NCBI RefSeq assembly: GCF_004010195.1
Contig: NC_057758.1
Span: forward strand, 248,784 to 312,783
Source of the DNA: Chiloscyllium plagiosum
Taxonomy: Eukaryota
Reading direction: 5' to 3'
Length of the DNA: 64,000 bases
Every line of letters starts with the position of its first letter. Position 1 is the first letter of the stretch. The notes beneath the pieces were generated by a model. The model was given only the letters and a program-made list of their open reading frames with translations. It did not search any database and was not told where the DNA came from. The translations under genes were made by a program, and so were the position numbers. Below, one piece after another: positions 61,930 through 64,000 of this stretch.

Positions 61930-63200
61930 AATGGAGAGGAGAAATAACCATTTGGAAGACAATGAGCTTACCCATGATAGGGAGAATGGTTTTGTTCAGC
62001 GAAAATATTGTCTTACACATCTAATAGAATTCTTTGAAGAGGCGACAAAGTGATTGATGAGGGAAGGGATGTAGATGTCACATGCATTGACTTTTGTAAG
62101 GCATTTGATAAGGTTCCTCATAAGCTGATGAAGAATGTGAAGTCGCATGTGGGTTTAACATGTTTGAGCTAAATGCATAGACAACTGGAGACAGAGAGTA
62201 GTAGTGGAAGGGAGCTTCTGAAAATGGAGACCTGTGTCTAGTGGTATCCCACAAAGATGTTTGTGATATGTTGTTTATGATACACAGAAATGAATTGAAT
62301 GGAAACGTATTTTGTCTCATAAGAAATTTTGCAGATGGAACTAAGATTAGTGAAGCAGTGGTTATTGAGGTTGACTGACAGACAATACAGCAGAATACAG
62401 ATATATTGAAGATTTGGGCTGAGAAATAACAGATGGAACTCAATCCAGACAAATGCGTGGTGATGCATTTTGGAAGATGCAATTTCAAAACCGAAATCTA
62501 CAGTAAATGTAAACGTCCTGGAGAAAATTGAAGTACAGAGAGATTTGGGTGTTCAGGTGCATTGTTCACTGAAGTTCGAAACGCAGGCCAGCCGAATTGT
62601 GAAGAAGGTACACGGGATGCTTTCGGACGGGGTATTGAGTACAAGAATTAACAGGTCATGTGACAGTTGTATAAGACTTTCGTTCGGCCACATTTGGAAT
62701 ATTGCATACATTTCTGGTCACCACGTTACGAAAAGGATGTGGATGCTTTGGAGACGGTGCAGCGGAGGTTCGCTGGGATATTACCTGGTATGGCGCTTGC
62801 TCGATATGAGCAGGGGATGAGGGGATCCGAATTGTGGCCTGCAAAATCACGAGTGGTGTAGATGCTGTGAGTTGCAAGAAACATTTTCCCATCGTGGAAG
62901 ACTCAATTACTCGTGGTCACGAGTTCAAAGTGAGATGGGACAAGTTTAGGGGAGATATACGCAAAAAGTCTTTCACGCAGAGGTTGGTGTGCGCCTGGAA
63001 TGCGTTGACAGCGGAGGTTGTCGGGGCGGGAATGATCGGGTCAATGAAGATGTATCGAGACAGATAAATGAATGGGCAGAGAGTGAAGGATTAAAGATCC
63101 TTAGGAAATAGGCAGCAGGTTTAGATAGAGGATCTAAATTAGCGCATACTTGGGGGTCGAAAGTGTCTGCTCCTCTGCTGCAAGGATCTTTGTTCTTCTT
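61930..63200 (+). mobile_element. Old CR1-type LINE RT and tail
   Basis: DFCKAFDKVPH, NFADGTK and YKTFVRPHLEYCIHFWSP motifs. Confidence 0.88.
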
Positions 63201-63249
63201 CTTGCACCAACGAAATACTGCATGTCAAAAGGAATTAGTGGCACGTTTG

Positions 63250-63925
63250 CATTAAATACTGAAAACTAGCAGACTTGGTGCAGGAGATAAGGTGGAACCG
63301 CATGGTTATTATTTCAAGGATGATGAAGTGTCGGAGTAGACAAGGCTGACCGCAACTGGTGAAGGTGCTGGTGAGACCTCATCTGGAGTACTCAGGGTTT
63401 TTGTCGTGTTATTTGAGGAAATACAATAGTTCATAGATTGCAGTTCAGATGAGGTTCATCAGGAAGATCTCTGGTCTGTAGATATTGTCGGAGAACCTTT
63501 TGGGACTTCATCACTGGAGTTGAGAAGAATATGATGTATTATCCTTGTAACATATAGGAATCTTAAGGGTGTTGGCAGTTAAGTGCTGAGAGGATCTTAC
63601 CAATCATGGCACAACTGAAGACAAGAGGACATTGTTTCAGGATTAAATGGGTCAAAGTACGACTTAAATTAGAAGGTATTTCTTCCCATCGATGATTTGG
63701 AGTCTTTGGTGATCGTTTCCATGGAGAGGTTTGTGGACAGAGCCGTTATATTTATTTAAGGCTGCCATATAATATTCTTGATCAGTGTGAAAAACGAAGT
63801 TACATGCAATGGGCAGGAAAGTGAACGTGAGGAATGTTGGATCAGCCAAGATCCATTGAATGGCAGAACAGGCGTGAGTGACTTTGTCGAAACAATGAAA
63901 CAACTCATGTTCCTACTTCTTAAGG
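63250..63925 (+). mobile_element. Very old CR1-type 3' fragment
   Basis: KVLVRPHLEY motif and a CR1-like tail. Confidence 0.65.
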
Positions 63926-64000
63926 AAATCTGAATAAAGCATGGAATTTACACAGATCACCCAACATTGATCGAGGTGCTAAGAATTACAACACTAAGCC

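Overview
Repeat-dominated vertebrate genomic DNA, very probably from a shark. This is inferred from tRNA-headed HE1/V-SINE-type SINEs whose tails match CR1/HER1-type LINEs. No intact host protein-coding gene is visible. Layout: a 70-bp tandem array (1-1.7 kb); a C-rich 46-bp satellite running about 2.9-28.8 kb and riddled with nested CR1, Tx1, LTR, Penelope and SINE insertions; assembly gaps; a diverged direct segmental duplication (about 31.1-38.6 kb versus 42.2-47.9 kb); a decayed C2H2 zinc-finger pseudogene (51.4-52.7 kb); a Gypsy pol end with PPT and LTR; and more CR1 debris. The two most notable observations are these. First, many short fold-back Penelope-derived insertions carry minimal hammerhead-ribozyme motifs with covarying stems and clear target-site duplications; two are confirmed by empty sites in the duplicated copy. 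Second, a short intron-less VLDLR-like cDNA fragment ends in an A-run at 16.3-16.5 kb. Coordinates were read by eye and repeat ends are approximate. Family names come from recalled motifs, not database searches.
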